A stretch of 64,000 nucleotides of DNA, from the NCBI RefSeq assembly GCF_009914755.1, contig NC_060932.1. One strand, given 5' to 3'. Each line of letters begins with the position of its first letter. Position 1 is the stretch's first letter. The notes beneath the pieces were generated by a model. The model saw only the letters and a program-made list of their open reading frames with translations. It was not told the origin of the DNA and ran no database searches. The position numbers were made by a program, and so were the translations under genes. Of the stretch, positions 12,326-25,959 are shown one piece after another. Source of the DNA: the human T2T-CHM13v2.0 reference genome, Homo sapiens.

Positions 12326-14210
12326 CACGTCTTGGAAATGGACCAATTCTCATGCTTTGGGAACACTTAAAACATGTGAAACTTTCTTAAAATCTCAGGA
12401 GTAATACATTTAACTCCAAAATATGATCAATAATTCTTGTAAGGTGAAATTTTAGTAGTGTGCACTGCCCTTTTTATTTTGTAGTCTTTTTTCAGATAAA
12501 TTCTTTTCCTTTTGATTTTAAGAACACAGATAATGAATTAAAGTATCATATTTTCAGTGACTTTTTAATGCTACTGTTTAAGAATATCCAAACAGTACAA
12601 CTTCAAAATTACTTGGCACACGTTATAGCTGTATTAACTTTTGAGATACAGATAATACAGGCATAGTGGCTTAACTGCACGGGTTATGGGCAGTTTCATT
12701 TCTGCTTACTTAGCTTTTCTATCTCCCTGCACTGGAACTCCCTCACCCAAGGAGATTCCTAAATCTGGTAGCTCCATTGTCAGGCCTTATGATATAGAAT
12801 CTGGACAATGTGGAAGAGAGGGGGATGGAGAGTGGGCGAGAAGGGAGTCGGGAAGATGAGACAGCGGGGGAAATGAGTAAGAGAAACTCCAGAGGGGGTA
12901 AAAAAGAAAAAAAAAAGATCGATTAAGAAGTGGTGATCAAAATTCATATCGAGCTGTTGATTATAATATTACTAAACATAACAAAAACAGGGAATTGTTA
13001 AATCAATTCTAATCCATTTCAGAGTAAAATATTATATGGACATTACAATTCACTCGCAAAGCATTTCTAACATGTAACAATGTTGAGAACGTGATGCTCA
13101 ATGGAAAAACATAGCATACATACACACAAATGTCCAGGCCCAGTAATCCATACAGCCATACACATTCGGAAATAAACACAAAAACATGCATATGCAGAGA
13201 GCTTGAGAGAAATGAGAATACCCCAAAATATCAAGAGTATTTACCTACTACTCTTGAAGCTATGGTTTTAAATATTTTTCTGTACTCTCTATTTTCATAA
13301 TGTTTCTAATTAAGACAAATTACTTTCAATATAACAAAGATGTATTATTAAAACTAATGGACAAGGCTGCGACAGCTATTTTGTAAAAGAAGAAATAACC
13401 ATAGATTTTTACTATATTGCATACAAAAATCTGTCTTTGCAATTTAAACTTGAGGCATTAAAAATTATCTATATTTTTTCATCCAGAAGGAAATACACTC
13501 ACATCCTAATTTTAATTTGCTAGTCTGAACAACAGAACAAAATAAAAACAACAAAAATAAAAGCATATTCTATAAAAAACAAAAAAGTTTAAATATCAGA
13601 AATTCTATTTTCATGGTGAAATGTGCTAGTTATGAAGATATAAGCTCATATGTCAAAAAACTTGTTTTTTAATCGCCATGTTGCCACTGTAGGCATTAAT
13701 GAGTTTAACAGAAATACTGATTAACTGAGTTTCAGTTGGTACAATGCCAGATGACTGAGTATGCTAATTCCTATGACAGTTTACTGCTTGAAACATGAAT
13801 TTAATTTTCCTGACTTCATTAATCATAACTGTTATTTACCATATAACAGCGTAACCATTTTCTTCTACTGAGAAAATTTCATTTTCATGGGTCATGCGAT
13901 GTGAAATCCTAGAGTCTGCTGACTTTCTGAGTAAAGACAAGCTTTCTGTAGAATTTTTACTAGTAGGGTATTACGTAAACATCTTTGATTTAGAGTTCAA
14001 CTGCATTTATTATGACACTTTGGAAACATTGTCTTATTTTCTTGCTTTATACTTGCATTGCCAAATCTGTACGGGTGAGATAAATATTGAATCCCAGAAG
14101 CATCTCCCTACTACTGAGTTTCATGATATCTGTCAGTATTAATCAATTTTTTTTTGTTTTTTATATCTAGACAAACATTACCAAACTTTTATGTCATTCA
14201 CATCATACTG

Positions 14211-14599
14211 TGGAATGGTTTGGATCTGTGTTCCCACCTAAATCTCGTATTAAAATGTAATTCCCAGTGCTGGAGACGGGGCTTGGTGGGAGGTGACTGG
14301 ATTGTGGAGGTGGTTTGTAATGGTTTAGCACCATCCTCCCAGTGCTGTTCTCATGATAGAGTTCTCATAAAAGCTGTTTGTGTAGCACCTGCTCTCTCTC
14401 TTCTTCCTACTTGGCCCATGTAAGACACACCTGCTTCCGCTTCATCTTCCGCCATGATTGTAAGTTTCTTGAGGCTGCCCCAGAAGCTGCTATGCTTCCT
14501 GTACAGCCCGCAGAACCGTGAGCCAATTAAACCTCTTTTCTTTATAAATTACCCAGTTTCTGCTACTTCTTTATAGCAATGCAAGAACAGACGAATACA
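14211..14599 (+). mobile_element. MSTA-like MaLR solo LTR
   Basis: TGGAATGGTTTGGATCTGTG...GCCATGATTGTAAGTTTC...GAGCCAATTAAACCTCTTTTCTTTATAAATTACCCAG...AATACA. 5-bp TSD TACTG/TACTA. Confidence 0.92.
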
Positions 14600-14899
14600 T
14601 ACTACTCCTAACATGCTGCCCTATGAGTTCTTAATTGGTGAGGAGGAGAACTGCATGAGGATCAAATGGAAATCACGTAATAAATGCAACGACTGTCCAC
14701 ATCATGCGGCACTGGGGCCTGAGTATGGCAGACTGTATTCTAATTTGCCATATTTTATAGTCCTTTTCTATGGTGCCCCTCCCTGCAGCAGCAGTAAACG
14801 TTTGCACCCCAGGGAACTCCTAAGTGCCCACATGGCCAGTGAAAGCTGGGAAGATAGGGTATGCTGTTTCCTCAAAAATCTTTCAAAGCCTGTGTTTCC

Positions 14900-15106
14900 T
14901 TTGCCATGGTGTCTTTGTCTCTGAAGGAGACTGAGCATATTACAGATACAGGCTACTCCCTCAGGCTGGGGCCCAAAGTTAACAGAACAGGCAACTGAGC
15001 CACAGCAGATCCAGCATGGACATGAGTCATGAAATGAACACTTGTAACTACTCAGACTGGAGGTGGTTTGCTACCACAGTGTAGCCTAGCTATCCTGACA
15101 GGTACA
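14900..15106 (+). mobile_element. Old MLT1 (J/K/L-type) LTR 3' part
   Basis: GGTTTGCTACCACAGTGTAGCCTAGCTATCCTGACAGGTACA resembles the MLT1J/K 3' terminus. Confidence 0.65.
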
Positions 15107-15591
15107 AAGAATCAAGTAGAATTTGGAATTTTTTTTATTTGCACAGAGAAATTTTTGTAATGGCATGGCAATGATTAGAAATATATATCGAGGGCTTCTT
15201 GTATATCCCACACTTACTTCAGGAAAAAAAAAATTAAAAATGACTAAGACACAGCTCTTTAGTCATAAAAGTAACTAAGACAAAGTTGTCTACGAAGTTA
15301 GTGTAAAATGATGGGATAATTACATGGGCTTCATGAAAAAAGTGCCAAAGTTGTACAGGAGGGAGTAATTAATTGATACAACCTAGGTGGTAGAGTTACA
15401 AGCAATATTTACAAATGGAGTAATCTTTAAACTGGGCCTTTAGCATTAGGAGGGTTTTTCCTAATTAGGGAGGTGAGAAAGACCTGGCAAGTTAAACAAA
15501 ACTACACAAACAAAGCTCCTAAGATTTAAAGAGATTGGCCTATATTTGGAATAACAAGTGAAAAACAAAAACTGTGATGGTAAATCCAAGC

Positions 15592-15710
15592 CAGATGGGA
15601 CCTTGGAGAACTTCTGGACAAATATCCCACCTATATATATGAGGATACCTAAGTCCAGAAATAGTAGATGATTTGCTTAATATTACTCCACTGGAAATGG
15701 CAGAGTCGTC
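15592..15710 (-). mobile_element. MIR fragment
   Basis: GGGACCTTGGAGAA...ATGAGGATACCTAAGTCCAGAAA...GATTTGCTTAA...ATGGCAGAG is the antisense MIR core. Confidence 0.6.
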
Positions 15711-16060
15711 TTCCACACCTGTTCTGTTTCTACGCTGTGTAGACGTGAGGTTTGTGGTGGGGCCAGGTGGAGTTCACAGAGCAGAGGGTGGGGACACAGA
15801 TGGTCCGAATGAGTGGAATTTTAATACACTTCTTAGATTCTTCATAATCTTCAAATACCAGGTGTGATGATCCATTTACAAAGACAGTTTTTGACAGAGC
15901 TTCTATAGGTAAAAATGTGAAGAGAGATGCAATGGGGGAAAAGGATACAACACCAGGCCAGAGTAGAAAAGAGCTTATTCTTTTATAAAATACCTAGAGT
16001 TACCTTTGCTGAGTGAGAGATTACGTGATATGTAACAGGGATTGCTTCCGTCCTTAAAAT

Positions 16061-16160
16061 TGACCAGGCTTTGGCTTCCAGCCAATCAAATAAAGCCTAC
16101 ACTGCATGGTGACTTCTCTGTATAAAATTGTTCGGCATGGTGCGGTCTCTGCACAAGATT
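16061..16160 (+). promoter_or_regulatory. Candidate regulatory module: full NFI palindrome overlapping a CCAAT box, with a TATA-like element 39 bp downstream
   Basis: TTGGCTTCCAGCCAA (16071-16085) is TTGGC-N5-GCCAA. AGCCAATCA lies at 16080-16088 and TATAAAA at 16121-16127. Activity is not shown. Confidence 0.35.
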
Positions 16161-17563
16161 GCTCTGCACATGTGTTCTTGGAAAAATTAGTGATTATGTG
16201 TTGATGGTTGTGTCTGTAAAGATAGCAATTTGTGACTGTCCAATTGAATTTTAATAACATAGTCAAATCACTTCGATCTTAGCTATCTCTCACTAGAGGT
16301 AGAAATGGAGGCTTTTTGTCAATTAAGTAATTTTTTGACTCTCTATTTCCATTCTTTAAAATCATAATTCAAAGTAAAAGTTATATAATATTTTGCTTTG
16401 ATAAAGTCCACAGAATGAGGATGGGCCTTATCAAACCCTCAGGATTTCATTAATATGAATAAAAACTTCAAAGGCTCTTCTTTTGAGAAAAATGCTTAAA
16501 ATATTTCATGCTTGACCTTGGTTTTATAACAATGATTTAAAATGAATTCTATGCTGTTTCTTACCTTTTAAATCAGTTTTTAATCTATGTTTCATTTAAG
16601 CCATATAAAACTACTACTCTATCTTTAGATAATAATTCCAACCATTTGTAGAAATGGAAGGCCTACTTAATTTTGAATAAAAGTGCATAGAGCAAGGTGT
16701 TAACTGCATAAATGGACTACTTTCACGAGTAGTCTTAAATTAATAATTTTCACCAAGTTCTCGAAGGCCTATTTAAAACATTACCTTTTTCTATGTATTT
16801 AATGCTGTTATAATCTTCAGGAGAACTTTTTTTTTTTCTGTTCGTAATACCCCAAATAAAATAGTCCATAAATCAGATTACATTTTCAAAATAACTTTGG
16901 ATGTTACACTCCTGTATAACTTATTTAGGATTTAAAAGCACTGAATCATTTCTTCTAATGTTATCGGGAAATAACATGACTTGCATGTTGCATTTTTGTT
17001 TCTGTAGAATGCTCCAGTAGGATCAGGTTTATCGTGACAATGTAAATCTATATATTTTACAAATGGATTTGGCGAGTTGGTTGAAGTCAGTTTCAGCAGT
17101 GGAAGCAGAATTAAAGTATAACGACATCAATCCCTTCTTCTACTCCACACCTTCATAGTGCTATGAAGTGTTCCCTAAAAGACCTTATTATAAGTGAAAT
17201 TTTACATTATTCATGTGTTATGTGATATTCATCTTCTCATCCATGCACATTCAATCAGAAGCTCTGAGTACTATGATTCAACCTATCTCTACTCCACACA
17301 GGCATAGCACTGTGCCAGACACACAACAGGCTCTCTAAATATGTGCGTAGCAGAGGAGTACGTGGGAAAGCCACCATTCAACTTCTCAAGTGAACGCCAT
17401 TCAATCCCACTCACTGGTGAGTCTTTCTAGTTTTCCTTCAACACCTATCCATGGCAACCTACATTCGCTCGGCCTATTTTTTGTCACTTTCATTCTCCAT
17501 AATATTTTAGGTCCAGAAATACTTCTTTTTATAAATATCTTTGGAAATATATTTTGTTTACAG

Positions 17564-18160
17564 ATGTGTAGTAAAGAATTTGGCTCCAACCTCAGAAATG
17601 CCTGGACTTTGTGCTTGGTTTCTGGGAGGAGAATCTTTGCCATACTTATATCTTCGTTTACAGCAGGAGCTGGCCACAGTTGGATTTCAGGGCGAGGCTA
17701 ACTACATCTAACAATCTTAGTGCGAAGTTGGGTCATGCCAGAAAGACCAACCATGTTATTTATGGTGGGAGCTTTGGTTTACATGACGTCAGTTGACCTG
17801 AAGAGTGAGTTCAACCATATGGGCAATTAATCAATGAGTCGTGCCTACATAGTGAAGCCTCAGTAATAACTCTGGACACAGAAACCCGGGCAGTCTTCCC
17901 TGGCTGACAATCCTGAATACTGCTGCATACTTATGCTCAGAGGTCAATGCATCCTGATTCCGCAGGGAACAGGCAGGAGAAGCTGCACATTTGGAAGCCT
18001 CCTGGGTACAGCCTCAGGCATCTCTTCTTCAGATGATGTTTAACATATATTCTTCTTCTGTAATAAGCTATAACCATGAGTGTAATAGCTTTTCATGAAT
18101 TCCATGAGTCCCAGTGAATTTTCAAGCCTGAGGGTGGTTTTGGGAAACCCAAACTTGGAG
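17564..18160 (+). mobile_element. ERVL solo LTR of the MER77/MER68/MER21 group
   Basis: Starts TGTGTAGTAAAGAATTT. Contains GCCAGAAAGACCAACCATG, TGCCTACATAGTGAAGCC...CTCTGGACAC and CTATAACCATGAGTGTAATAGC...CCTGAGGGTGGTTTTGGGAAACCC. Confidence 0.85.
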
Positions 18161-21030
18161 TTTGTTTGAGAAGTAAGAATGTGCTTGTGGAGGGTCATGC
18201 CCTTGCGCTTTGCAGTATGGTTAGTTGTGGATAATAGGTCACACTTTAAAAAGTTTGCCTTCATATTGATCCCCTTTGAAGCTTAGAATCTAATACATAT
18301 TAACCCCTCATTTGATAGAGCAGGCAGTAGAAAGTTTGAGTGATTCATATGAAAGTAGGAACAGCACCAGGTCGTGTTCTCCAACTGCCTACTCTGTTTC
18401 AGTCAGACCATTGTGAAGTTACTGAGAACTCTGCCCTTGGGAAACGTCCATAAAAACAAAGATCTTTTAGAATTTCAACACAGCCAGCAAGTATAGGGCA
18501 ATTTCAGTTCATTTTTATTTTATGATATATTAAAAAAATCATCAGTCAAAATGGACTCAATGTTTCTATGTTACTAAAACAATAAAACTTTTTTTTCCTA
18601 TTTGAATGTAGGAGTTTGCTAATATAGTTTTTAAAATGTACTTGAAGTTCCTTTATGCAAGGTACCTTGTACATAAATTACTCTGGTGGCCTGGATTTAC
18701 CAATGATATCAGAAAATACGCATATGTATTGCTAACCATATTACACATCATATATGAACATAAGAGACACTATTAGTTACAGTCCATTAATTTTCACCAT
18801 AATCCGGTTAATTATTATTTTTCTTATTCTTAAGACCACAGAACTTTGTAAGATGAACTAAATGCAATACACGCTAATAGCAAAGTCCACATTTTGAACC
18901 CAGGTAAGTTTGAAGGGAGAGAGTAGAGCTGTTTTACTCTGCAACACTTAACTCTAACCATAGTTTTCTGGTGAACAAACGTGTTCTCTAAGAAAAATAT
19001 ACAATCATGAAAAGATCCAAAGTTCACTTTAAGTTCAGGTTAGCACTAGAAATCTAGTCTCTATACTATAGAATTATTTTTAAAATATATTTTCTAGTTG
19101 ATATACTTCATGCAAAATGAAATGACAAATGAAAGACAAAGCATGGAAAGTATGACAGATATGTAAGTTTTCCTTGTATGAACTGCTGCTCTTAATTTGC
19201 TCCTCTCCCCTCCTTTTTCAGTATCAGCTGTAATGCCAACTTCTAGTGAGCTCGAAAACAGGACGTGGCTTTCTATCATATGCCAAAAACACACCTTTAA
19301 CACACTGTCCTTGGTTCCTTCATGACTCCTCACCTGTTTCTTGGCAACGAGGTTCAGTTGTCTAATGTGATTGCAGTCGCCTGTGGGTTTCTAACGGAGA
19401 CCAACGTACTATGTACCTGCACTTGAGAAGATCATTAAACCTTCCTTTGTCCTACATGAATATTTTATCTTGGCTGGCATAACTGCCGGGCTCCACAACT
19501 CTGATAAAAGTAAAATATGAGCTGTCTTAGCAGACAGCATTGTTCATGGTGAAAATAACCCTGATTGGTAAATTGCATCTGACTGGGGGTACTATGAATG
19601 AACAACCTATAGCATTTGAGAGGCCATAGATTTGGACTCGTGAGGGCTGTGCCTTTGAACCTGCACCTGATGCCTCTTGGGAGAATTCTGGGATTTAACT
19701 CCACGTGAGCATTACTTGGGAATGGCTCCTATGGTATGTGGGTTTCTGAGCTGAAGTGACCTCACATTCATCTAGGTGAAGCTTGTTGTCTTGGAGATGT
19801 ATATGGCTCTCCTGTTATTGGAGGTCCAGAGAATAGGGTTTTTTGTTTGGTTTGGTTTTTATTCGTTTTGTGTTTTGTCTGCTATAAAGATTTTACCAAA
19901 AGAAATATCCTAACTTTTCTACTGGCCCACTGAGTATCCTGTCTGCTTATCTTTCTAAGTGTGCCGATTACAGATGTGACCTATGAAGCCACTGGCTTTT
20001 AAATGTCTAATGGAGCCTAAGAAAACCCACAGTGGAAGTCATAGCATCCAACATGCCTGCATTCCAGGATTTCCTTGCTCCTGGAAAGTCAATCTTTGTA
20101 CCCTGGTTTAATATCTGTTTTCTGTGATGAATGTGTTTATATCTTGTGGAACATCTAAAACCAACACAATCATTCCATGCCCCAACCATTGCTTGCTAAA
20201 TCAAAGTTTTCTCTCCCATGTGCCTTTCTTTTTGCCATCAGTGAAAATACACTATCATTTTTTTCAACTTTTTAATCTGCCCTGCTGTGAATTTAATTCA
20301 GTTCTCTATTGCCTTCTACTATACAACATCATAGCAGGTTTTTCTAACTCTTTTACAAATTATGACACATAACTGCCTTAACCTACCTCATACACAGCTT
20401 CCACTTAGGGGACTGTGATAACTTACCATTACCTCTTAGAACGAATTTACATTCTCCTTTCTGTCATCTGCCCAAGGGCGTCCACCAGGTGACCTCACTT
20501 TGCTTCCTCAGATTTATCCTCTGATGTGGCCCTTTCATTTTCTCTTCCTGAATTTTTCTCTCACTTGTCTTTCATTACATTCTCCTGGAATAAGTGTTCC
20601 TTCTCGTAATTCAAATGTGAGCCTTTCGCCAGAACTCAAAGTTCGCCTTTCCCAGACCTTACAACTGTTTGCTACCATAAAATTCACCTTTTCTTTGAGA
20701 TTTTCAGCACCTGTAATTATGGTATATTTTACTTAAGCTAGAATTTGCTTATACATGGCCATACTATATTTCTCTATTTGCTGAATAAACCAAATCTCTA
20801 AATATTTCTTTGGTTATTTGCATTCAACGTGCTTTTCTATATAGGAATTCAAATGATCTCCAAAACAACTGAGTAAGGGAGGCTAGGAGAAATGATTATG
20901 TTTGTTTTGCCACTGACGAGATTACACACAGAGAAGTTAACTGCCTATCACAACAGCATTGCCTGCCCTCAAATGGCAAGTTAGGGCAGGTGTCAAAATC
21001 TCTTGGTCATTAGTTTTATGCTATTATTAC

Positions 21031-21712
21031 TGTGTCTTAGTTCATTCCAGGACCTATAGCAAATTACATTTGTCTGGGGATTTTTAAACAGCAGAAATTT
21101 ATAGTTCACAATTCTGGAGTCTGGAGATTCCAATATCAAGGTACCAACAGATTTGGTATCTGGTAAGATTTGCTTTGTCTCTGCCTCAAAGACGGCACCT
21201 CCCTGCAGCATCGTCAAAGTGGAAGGAGAGGCAAGAGAGATCCCTCAAGCTTTTTTAAAGGTGCGAAGGTCGGGCGCGGTGGCTAATGCCTGTAATCCCA
21301 GCATTTTGGGAGGCCAAGTCAAGGGATTACTTGAGGTCAGGAGTTTGAGACCAGCCTGGCCAACATAGTGAAACCCCATCTCTACTGAAAATACAAAAAC
21401 TGGCTAGGTCTGGTGGCAGGCACCTGTAATCTCAGCTACTCAGGAGGCTGAGGCAGGAGAATCGCTTGAACCCAGGAGATGGTGGTTGCAGGAGTTGAGA
21501 TCGTGCCACTGCACTCTAGCCTAGGCTACAGCAATGATACTCTGCTCAAAAAAAAAAAAAAAAAAAGTGCTAATACCATTCATGTGGGTAGAATCTTCGT
21601 GACTTAGTCTCTTCCCAATGACCCCATCTCCCTGCCTCTAAATACGAACCACATCAGATATTGGGCTCCAACATTCAAATTTTAGGAGGACACCAACATT
21701 CAGACCACAGCG
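21031..21712 (-). mobile_element. MLT1A-type MaLR LTR interrupted by an Alu
   Basis: TGTGTCTTAGTTCATT...CAGAAATTTATAGTTCACAATTCTGGAGTCTGGA on the left and GAGGACACCAACATTCAGACCACAGC on the right of the Alu. Confidence 0.85.
21268..21566 (+). mobile_element. AluS inserted into MLT1A
   Basis: GGTCGGGCGCGGTGGCT... with an A19 tail. TSD-like AAAG(G)TGC(G/T)AA. Confidence 0.95.
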
Positions 21713-22625
21713 CACTGTTTACAAAAATATAATCTAAGCCTGACATCAAACCTTGCAGTAGGATGTATGTTTTGTTCACTTCAGCTACTGTAAGTTACAA
21801 ATATTCTAACACACACACACACATTTCTCATATATGCTCAGTGAACAAAAGAATAACATACATGGTCTCTAATTCAGATTTTGTTTTCATTTCAAATGTT
21901 AAACTACCCAGAAGAGAATTTTCTACTAGTTTTTCTGCTTAAAAATTCTACAATCTTCTATTATTCATGACGAAAAAAAAAATCAGAAAAAACAGAGTTT
22001 AATTTCTTCCACTTCTTTCAGTTTCAAAGATTCGTATGATGACTATAAAACTGACACGTATCCTTTAGAAGCTTATGGAAAAATGACCTCCAGAGGTTTA
22101 GAGGTCTGATTCTTTTTCCTGAGGCTGCAGTCTAGGTTTGTAGAAAATTCATAAGGCAGAAACAAACAGTAAACAGGTTTGCAAATCTTAGTGAAGATGA
22201 ATGTGAAGATGGCCCAGATAATATTTAAGTAAACATACAATATTTTCACCTGATTTTTAAAGCTGTTGATATTTTAAAAAAAAATGTGACCAGCATTTAT
22301 GGATCACCTTTAATATTATAGGAAATCTGCTAAATGATAAAAACAGAATAATAATTCAGAAATACTCCTTGCTCATACAAACCCATAGACTGTTGTTAAA
22401 ATTAAACTCCTGTGGGAATCATAACTCAATAATTTGGCCAATATTTGTTGAGCTCTTTTCCTATGAGAGGACAGTTATGGTTATGAAAGACGATGCATAG
22501 ATAACCACAGAAGGGGCAGGTATATACATTTTTAATCAAAAGGTGCAAAGATGAAGGTGAGAAAAAGCATGAGAAGAAAGGAATACAGTATGAGAAGGGG
22601 TTAAGGAAAAGAGGGAGGAAGACAC

Positions 22626-22812
22626 TTTTTTTATTATACTTTAAGTTTTAGGGTACATGTGCACAACGTGCAGGTTTGTTACATATGTATACATGTGCCA
22701 TGTTGGTGTACTGCACCCATTAACTCGTCATTTAGCACTAGGTATATCTCCTAGTGTTATCCCTCCCCAGTAACCCCATCCCACAACAGGCCCCGGTGTG
22801 TGATGTTCCCCT
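22626..22812 (-). mobile_element. L1PA3/L1PA4-like 3' end, 5'-truncated
   Basis: TTATTATACTTTAAGTTTTAGGGTACATGTGCACAACGTGCAGG...GGCCCCGGTGTGTGATGTTCCCC. TSD GAAGACACTTT on both sides. Confidence 0.95.
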
Positions 22813-23769
22813 GAAGAAGACACTTTCGACTGATGAAGGTGCCCTACTGGGAGGTTGGAACATTATGGTAATTCCACACTCCCCTCCTCTCCTAGTAAAT
22901 TAAACTATAGGCACCATCGTGGTTAACTAGATGTTATTATAGCTCTTCAGGGTCTAAAGAGCTATTTGTTATACAGAAACATTTCCTAGACATTTTCCTA
23001 GTTTTGGCCAGACTAGAATTAAATAATTAATTTCTTTGTATACTTAGTAAAACAAGAAGTATTGCTCTACGTGGTCTCGGACTTCTGTTCTGGGTGAACG
23101 AGCAGCTTTTCCTTCCAGTTTTGGCAGCATGACATCATCTGCTTTAGTCTGGTTGAGGTGCTAGCTAATCTCCTAATTTGTCAAGTAAGACATGCTTTGA
23201 TTCTATTTCTCGGCATATGCCAACAGTGTTACTTTGGTAACAATACTCCACACACTATTCTGGCCTCACTTTCTCATCATTTGTTCTGTGTGTGTTCCAG
23301 CTCAGGCTCCGATTCCTTGGGTGTAGAGGCACCTCTGATATTTAACATCTTGGAAAATGACAGACATAAGTCATCATCTCTGTCCTCAACTACCAACCAA
23401 GTAGGGACAGTAAGTTACTTCTGCCTCACATCTCAGAGAGCGGTACTTCAATGTGACATACGCACTCAATTTTTAATCTGTAAACTCTGAAATGCTCTTG
23501 CTGGTATGAAACTGGGTTTGCAACTGAACACATTCCCTCAGTCCCTGGGCTCCTTGCACAGCTCTGCCTGCAAGCGAGACTGTGAGGGCTCAGAGGCAGA
23601 GTCACAGGTGCTCTTCAGAGATGGGAGGTGCTCTGGGAAATCAGAAAAGGGTGACAATAGTGGGGGAAAGAGTTGGGGGTGGAGGCAATGAGGGACCAAG
23701 CAGGCACGTACAGTGGGAAGCCGCAGGAGAATTCAGGTGCCTCTCATCAGCAAAGCGCCAATGTGTTAT

Positions 23770-23905
23770 TCCTTCATGTATTTATTCACATCATCGATGA
23801 AATTCCATCAGTCCTGTTAAGTACCAGGCACTGTTCTAGGTTCCAACGGAGCAGTAAATACAACAACAAAATCTCCATTCACAGCTTACATGCTAATGGA
23901 GTAAT
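23770..23905 (-). mobile_element. L2 3' end fragment
   Basis: GTACCAGGCACTGTTCTAGG...GCAGTAAATACAAC...AGCTTACATGCTA is the antisense L2 3' end. Confidence 0.7.
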
Positions 23906-25959
23906 GCTATTTGCTAGGTTTCCGTCATATTTCTCTAAAATAAGTGCCTCTTTTTTTGGTATACTGTAAATACCCTTCTCACATTGCTCCATTTGAGCTG
24001 GAAACACGTGTTATAGTATACTAGAATTATAAATAGCAATATTTACAAGTAATTGTCAAAACCACATTAATTAACTCCTCATGTTTCCCTCGTGTCTGGG
24101 AATGTAATTAAAATAATGAAAAGTGAAAGGAATTTCACCATCATCTGTAGTCATGTTAGTGAGATAAATCGCCACCAGAAAACACAGTAACACTTAAAAA
24201 GAACAAGTAAAATGTCTTTAAAAATTCTATTCATGAGCTTTCTTCCAAATAAGGATTACATTATTCCATATGTAAGTGTTTATGAATACTCTGAAGATAT
24301 AACATTAAGGTTTTAATTCACAACTACATACACATCTAAGCCTAAATGAGTAAAGCATTATTCCTAATTCTAGTTTTGTTGCCACAGATTTTGAATACCA
24401 TTTGTAATTACCTATAAACAACATTTTTAAATAAATACTTCTTAAAAGGAAGCTGCTGTAAAAGGCTGGCTGAACCCTGGGGATTGGCATTTCTGTCCTT
24501 TTACTGGAATACAGAACATTCATGTATTTCATTTACCATTGCTTAGCTCATATGGTTTAGTAAATGGAAGCGTTTCCAATTTGATTACCTGATATGTTTA
24601 AATAGTGTGTGCTTGTGATATTAATATTTTACACATTTCCTGTTGGGTGCCTGACGTGGTAAAGCATCATGATCTAATGTGTACGTTTTGGTCTTTAAAT
24701 GACCTTTTTAGTTCTGGTGATGACACTAGCCACTGAAAACACCTTATAGTCTCTTCTTTCCATCCCTCAAACCCAAAGTCACTATTTGGAATGTGATTCA
24801 GGAAATAATAAGCTTATAAGATTTCTATAGATACAGCTGTTCTCAAAGCTATTCCATAAGGTAGTCCTTGGCCACTACAAAGCCACAGGGATTCTCCTGA
24901 TGGTACAAACATATGCAAAGTGAGGACTCTTTCCTTCAATAACGGCTCACAAATCCTTAATATGAAGGACTTCAAATCGGTATTAATCAACTAAATTTAC
25001 CATGTTACTAGGACTCCAGTTCTGCTGCAAATCCTCCTGCAAGACATGGTGATGTTTTCATACTGCCACTGGACATATGCATGTATGGATTTGTAAGTAC
25101 CACCATTTTCATGAAAAACCATTTTGCTTATACCATAGAAGTGGTGAGTCAGCCAATATTTTTAATTCTGTGCATTAAATTAATGCACTTGTAGAATTGC
25201 TATTTAGTTTTTACTTTTCCAACCAGTTTTTTAAAAATATTGTAACCATTTTGATTGATTGATTTTTTTTCTACTATACTGTTTTTCCACTGAGTGGTGG
25301 AAAAAGGCAGAATAGTTCACTGGTCTTTGGTCTTGTCAATTGTATATATAGACAAAAGAGTGAATTAATGCATGAATAAATTAGTAACTAGCTAGCTAGT
25401 GTAAGAAGCAAGACCATACCATTACATATCTTGAATATAAGGAAAACCATGACCAGTCTAATGATTACCACAAACAGTAGGGTAGCCTAGGAGGACAGAC
25501 TGGATGTCTCTTCTATTGAACTTTATAATACCCCAAATTTCCATTCTTTTCTTTTAAGGATACTTACTCAGGAGTATTTGCCCTTGAGTCTTCCTGGCTA
25601 TGGTTTAAATAACTAAACAAAATATATCTGACCTGCTGAAGAGGGTGTCAGAATAAAACAGATATGTTTTAATGTGTCCCAGACAACAGAAGGCTAGTGA
25701 GAGACGTCTAATCCTCTAATGAACTGTGTGGATATCTGAAACCTAAACAAAAATTTTAATCTATACATATATCTATATATTTATATATCTATATCTATGT
25801 ATAGTATCTTGGTTAATCTTCACAGAAACCTAGAACCATGTACTACACTTAACTCATGCAGTTGTTAATAATAATAGCTGCTTATGCAAACACTGGCACA
25901 GGAACCCTCCTCCCAGGGCCAGGCAGCTTCCTGTATATGTGGAGTATGACTCACATTCC

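Noticed and set aside
19336-19348. RFX X-box-like GTTTCTTGGCAAC
   Set aside because: A single degenerate motif without supporting clustering.
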